The notes under the pieces were generated by a model, which saw only the letters and a list, made by a program, of their open reading frames with translations, did no database searches and was not told the DNA's origin. A stretch of 64,000 bases of DNA. Origin: Epithemia pelagica. Lineage: Eukaryota; Protista; Bacillariophyta. Of this stretch, positions 59,659 to 64,000 are shown piece by piece. Positions within the stretch are counted from its first letter, which is position 1; each line of letters starts with the position of its first letter. Position numbers and translations under genes: made by a program. The stretch covers positions 1,860,001 to 1,924,000 of the forward strand of contig OX337235.1 in NCBI GenBank assembly GCA_946965045.2, written 5' to 3'.

Positions 59659-59923
59659 CCTTGAGCGAGCAGTCTGATACAGAGCTCAAAGGAGAAAGAA
59701 AACAGGAACGTTCGGACTCACTCTTCTCAACAGGGTCGTTTGCAGTAATCTTTTCGTTATTTCGAAGTGGAACTGTTGGAGCTTTTCATATGCTGGAGTT
59801 GCTTTGAAGAGAAAAGGACAACACACCAAACTCCACGGCATCCTCTAGACGAGCACTTCCAAGAATTCACGCCACAGTCATTCTACCACCACAACCGTGT
59901 GTGGGTGACTTTTCACGTAGACC

Positions 59924-62638
59924 ATGGGGAGACGAGAGAAAAAGCCCCGAGACGGCAAAAAGAGCAACCTCAGTTTCAATGCACCCACAAAACGAGGCAA
60001 AAGCAATGGGATATTGGCATTGTGCACCTGGGATGGCGTCTATGACCTCGCACAAAACCACCATCGAACATCTTTCCTGTCCCATTCGAACGATGGAGTC
60101 CATGACGATGTAGACACCGCGAGGGACAATGTCACTCCTATTTCATCATCATTTTCCATGCCAGAGGCTCCAGCAGGCTCTTGTATGACACGAAGAATCG
60201 ACAGGGATGAACCACTCATGACCAACCCCATTCCACCCATTCCGCAACCACTCCTCATGCTCGGTCCAAACTTGAATCAGTGCCATTATGGCTCGTTCCT
60301 TTCCAATCGTACCTTTGTCATGCCAAAGTTAGAGGGTGTGCTCTCATACCGCCTTGTTCTAGACTACGAAAACCTGTCGGCCCCGTCTTCGTATTACTCC
60401 TCCCTTCCATTTTTCTTTTCGCTCCTCCTTGGTTTCTTGATCATTTGGGGAGTCCAATACCTTTATGAGCGAATTTCCTGTCACTGTTGGGTCTTTGAAC
60501 CAACTCGTCACTACTGCATCAACAGAAAACGCTCCTCACTGGTGAAGCCGCTTCACCAAGACGTTTCCCAAACAGCCAAGAATCCAGAACACAACACAAG
60601 GTTTGTTTCTGTGGCCCCACCGACTGCTCTAGTCTTCATGGATCCGACAGGGGAGGAACGAAAGAAGGAACAGTTACGACATGTGTCGGAAAGGGGATTT
60701 GATCTTGCGAATTGGTGGCTTGCTTGCTTTCGGAGGCACCAACAGTCTCCTCAACGTTCACTGCAAGAGCACAAACAGGATTGGAATGTCACTCCAGTGA
60801 AAGCCAACAAACAAGCTCAGCAAAAGTCAAGTTACAGTGTCGCTCCTTTTATGAATGTTTTGGAGCTTGTTTCTTCCTCACGGTCATCTCACAAGTTGGG
60901 CGCCATTGTGGAATCATGGTATGATGGTTTTGTTTCCAAAGTATCGCATTCGTACCGACGACGATTGTTTCTCGTTGGTGATGAAATCACAGCACGGGCC
61001 ATTTTGGAGGATAGTTCGGGCACGGCCGTGGCTCCTTGGCATCCAGTCACGTGGTCCAACGCTACGTATCGGGGTGGCGCGACGATCTCTCCGTATCTCG
61101 CCCCTGAAGTGGGTCCGAGACCGTCGGGACAAGCATCACCATTGACCTGCGACCGACAGCGGCGATCGAAGGACTTTTGCAAAGCACAATTTCCTTTCAA
61201 CCGTGGACAGAAGAATCGTCATTCAGATGCAAGTGTCCTCGATGCACATCTTGACAAGTTCCTAACGACGAAGATTGAGCCCTGTATACATCCCACCGTT
61301 GCGAGTGACAGGACAGCCTCTTTGGTGGATTCGTTGCAAGTCCTCTCAGCTCAAGTATTTCTACTTGTTGCGTTTGAGAGCAGTTCTTACTGCAACTCTC
61401 CCTCTTTTATAAAGTTGTTTTCCTACGAAAGCTGCAAACAATTGGTTGCTAGTTTGGATGCTTGTTACAATGAATTTCAATTGGAAGCATTCCTATCAGC
61501 CGATGAGGCAATTCCGCTTCTGCAACCGAGAGATTACACCAATTGGATTATGCGATCAATGCATGACAATGAGGACGGCACCTCTCATAAACCGTCCATC
61601 AAAGGAAAGAAAGGGACTTCCTACATCCTTTCTTTCTGTGGGAAGTTACTAACGAATCATCGTGGGACCCATCCACTCGCCGACGCCAAGGGCACAAAGA
61701 CAAGTTCTTCTGAAGCACACGACAGCACTACAGGCCTCGTCGACTGTATGGAAGATTGTGTGTACAATGATAGTGATGCTCAGGAATTGGAAGATCTGAT
61801 TGCCTTTATGATTCACGGAATTCTTTGCACGATCCATACCATGACTTGGTGTTTGATCGAACTGGCAAAGCATCCAGATAGCCATCAAACAGCTCTTCGA
61901 AATGCTTTCCGTCAGCAGAACGGAGACAACCAAAGCAACTCCAAACCCGACCAGGAGCCACATGGACCATGGAGGAGTGGGGCACCTTCGTTGCTCAAAA
62001 ACGTACTGAGAGAAGTTTTGCGCTTGCATCCACCGAATACCCTGGGCCCAATGCGAGTTCTTACGAAAGATGTTGCGGTGTCGTGCGCTGTTACGGAACC
62101 GTCACCACGCTCCGTAAACGTAGGAGATACAACCGTTGACATGGGGAAACAAAAGGTGATTCAAAATGACGATACAACTGCTACAACTTCACAATACTAC
62201 AGTGTCCTTCCTGCGGGTTCTGTGGTCTTGATGCCACTCTCTGTACTTCATCAAAATAAACAAATCTTCGACCTTCCAGATACCTTTCAGCCTCAGCGAT
62301 GGGAACACGCGACAGACGACATGTTCTGGTCGTACATGCCGTTTTCGGCAGGCTCCGTAGGATGTTGTCCGAATGCTGGTGGGGGTGCACGACAGCAACT
62401 CCAACCGTACCTTGTTCATACTGCAGTCGATATCATCCTGCAAAGGCTTTTGAAGCGCCATGAGTTTTGGGTAGTTGAGAACAAGAGGTCAACGATGGCA
62501 TCAATGTCCACAACGGAACGAAGAAATGCCCCTTTTAGTTTTTCTCTACCGTTTGGACAACCAACACTCACGAGTTTTAAACTCTCGGTTCATTTGGGGG
62601 ATACGGAGACTGAAAAAATCATCCACAGGGAAGATTAA
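59924..62638 (+). CDS. Atypical cytochrome P450-like protein
   Basis: N-terminal anchor FFFSLLLGFLIIWGV, K-helix EVLRLHPP, PDTFQPQRW, heme region PFSAGSVGCCP. The real start is probably ATG 60158 or 60320. Confidence 0.8.
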   Translation: MGRREKKPRDGKKSNLSFNAPTKRGKSNGILALCTWDGVYDLAQNHHRTSFLSHSNDGVHDDVDTARDNVTPISSSFSMPEAPAGSCMTRRIDRDEPLMTNPIPPIPQPLLMLGPNLNQCHYGSFLSNRTFVMPKLEGVLSYRLVLDYENLSAPSSYYSSLPFFFSLLLGFLIIWGVQYLYERISCHCWVFEPTRHYCINRKRSSLVKPLHQDVSQTAKNPEHNTRFVSVAPPTALVFMDPTGEERKKEQLRHVSERGFDLANWWLACFRRHQQSPQRSLQEHKQDWNVTPVKANKQAQQKSSYSVAPFMNVLELVSSSRSSHKLGAIVESWYDGFVSKVSHSYRRRLFLVGDEITARAILEDSSGTAVAPWHPVTWSNATYRGGATISPYLAPEVGPRPSGQASPLTCDRQRRSKDFCKAQFPFNRGQKNRHSDASVLDAHLDKFLTTKIEPCIHPTVASDRTASLVDSLQVLSAQVFLLVAFESSSYCNSPSFIKLFSYESCKQLVASLDACYNEFQLEAFLSADEAIPLLQPRDYTNWIMRSMHDNEDGTSHKPSIKGKKGTSYILSFCGKLLTNHRGTHPLADAKGTKTSSSEAHDSTTGLVDCMEDCVYNDSDAQELEDLIAFMIHGILCTIHTMTWCLIELAKHPDSHQTALRNAFRQQNGDNQSNSKPDQEPHGPWRSGAPSLLKNVLREVLRLHPPNTLGPMRVLTKDVAVSCAVTEPSPRSVNVGDTTVDMGKQKVIQNDDTTATTSQYYSVLPAGSVVLMPLSVLHQNKQIFDLPDTFQPQRWEHATDDMFWSYMPFSAGSVGCCPNAGGGARQQLQPYLVHTAVDIILQRLLKRHEFWVVENKRSTMASMSTTERRNAPFSFSLPFGQPTLTSFKLSVHLGDTETEKIIHRED

Positions 62639-63044
62639 TCACCAATCACTGAGCTACGACATCAATTAGAGAATTCTCGTGTGCGTGAAGCGTGAAGCTA
62701 CGAACATTCATCTGTCCACAATCTCGCATGGTAGGAGGTAGGAGTAAGAAATTTGAAATAATGGGAAATGGGATAACCTTATGGGATACTCGTACTCGTA
62801 CTCGCTACAGTTCGTCGGGTGAGTTGAAAGTTGTTGAAGACCACTTCCAAACAAAAGAACCTGTTCACAGCACAAGAGCAACGAGGTTCAAGAAGTCAAA
62901 GAATCGAAAACTCCAGAATAAGTCGATGTGAGCATCGCCATACCAAGGAGATGGGGTAATCCTGAGCAGGTCGCTACCTTACCAGTCAGATACTGACTGT
63001 GACCTATAGGAGTTACCGAACGCTTTTTCTGCATAAAGAACACT

Positions 63045-64000
63045 CTAGCGACAAAAGATGATATACCGACTGCTAGTACTATTAAAACCCACCACCACCC
63101 GGTTCATAACCGCTACATATTTGTACTGCTTGTCATCTTCCACTTCGATCTGAAACACTTTCGCCTCACCATTTTCAATCTTCATCTGAACCAGATTCAC
63201 CACTGCTCCAAACACCTTGTGATGCCCATCCAGATCTCCTCTGTATTTCTCCTTTAAGATATTGTAATGTTTCAGTAAAGTGTTGACAGTTTCATGTCTC
63301 GCCCTGGCATCAGCCATCATCTTGTCTTGATAGTCATTTCTTCCAGTAGGTGTGACAAAGTAGCATCCAGAATCGTTGTAACCACCATCAGCAATCACTT
63401 TCTCATTCGGTAGTAGCTCTTGAACAAGCCAGTCTCTGGCAATCCGTAGGTCTGGCCAAGCGCCACAAGGGAATGCACCATTCCACCACACTATCCAGCC
63501 AGTTTTCAGGCAGATTCCCACCTCATACCTCACACCTGCTCCCTTAAACTTGTGCGAGTACCATTTTGGATCAAAAGGTGACAGCTCCAAAATCCTGAAG
63601 TACCATCCAAACTAATGAAACAGACCTGTCCAGGTACACAACAATCAAACCTATTGTCCCATACAATCTGTTATAAGAACAACAGCAATGGTCAGATATG
63701 AGGAGGACGACTTCATGGCAAATTCATGTAGGGCCATGTACTTACATAATTAAGACCACTATACAACAAATTTACAAACACTTTGACCCACTTCCTGTAG
63801 GTCTTCCTCGTTGTTTTGGCTATTGAGACCATAACATCCTCTGTAGCATAGACTTTCAGAAAAGCCAGTGTCCACAACAAATGACGAGGCGATGCACCTT
63901 TGGGCAATGAACTGTCCAGTTCATCCCACACATGAACACAGAGCAAAGGAGACATTCCAAAGTAAGAACGAAAAGCACGTGAGAAATCAAGTGAGTGTGA
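63045..64000 (-). pseudogene. DDE_Tnp_4 (Harbinger/ISL2EU-like) transposase, 5'-partial, frameshifted
   Basis: RAFRSYFGMSP, LLWTLAFLKVY, a 78-nt intron at 63745-63668, SLDGT with a 4-nt deletion removing the second Asp of DGTD at about 63600, YSHKFKGAGVRYEVG, IADGGY, RARHETVN. Confidence 0.85.

Overview
Eukaryotic nuclear DNA, most likely from a diatom. The basis is CoDi-type Ty1/copia elements, short GT-AG introns, a bipartite plastid-type presequence and S/Q/T-rich hypothetical proteins; the taxon is an inference. Host genes: a longin R-SNARE, a double-domain GT31 galactosyltransferase, a small secreted protein, a PDZ plus 2Fe-2S ferredoxin, a diacylglycerol kinase, two DUF819-like paralogues, a 1644-aa low-complexity protein, a type I membrane protein and an atypical cytochrome P450. 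About 40 percent of the window is mobile or decayed DNA. It holds three full-length, recently inserted but mutated copia elements from different lineages (7157-13498 +, 19546-28706 +, 41397-48446 -), each with a 5-bp TSD. Other mobile or decayed DNA: a 758-bp TSD-flanked insert nested in the third element's integrase, three MITE-like elements, a frameshifted Harbinger/ISL2EU-type transposase at the right edge, a Crinkler-like NTPase+REase pseudogene, and a WAPL-like pseudogene split by element 2 and carrying a pure (CAG)79 tract. The most unusual signals are: (i) a 212-nt rod-like fold with repeated GACGAGGAG internal loops inside the nested insert; (ii) tandem copies of each element's own polypurine tract encoded in its integrase-RT linker; (iii) non-canonical LTR termini; (iv) an in-frame UGA at the gag/pol junction. 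All calls come from reading the sequence by eye; no database searches or folding computations were run.
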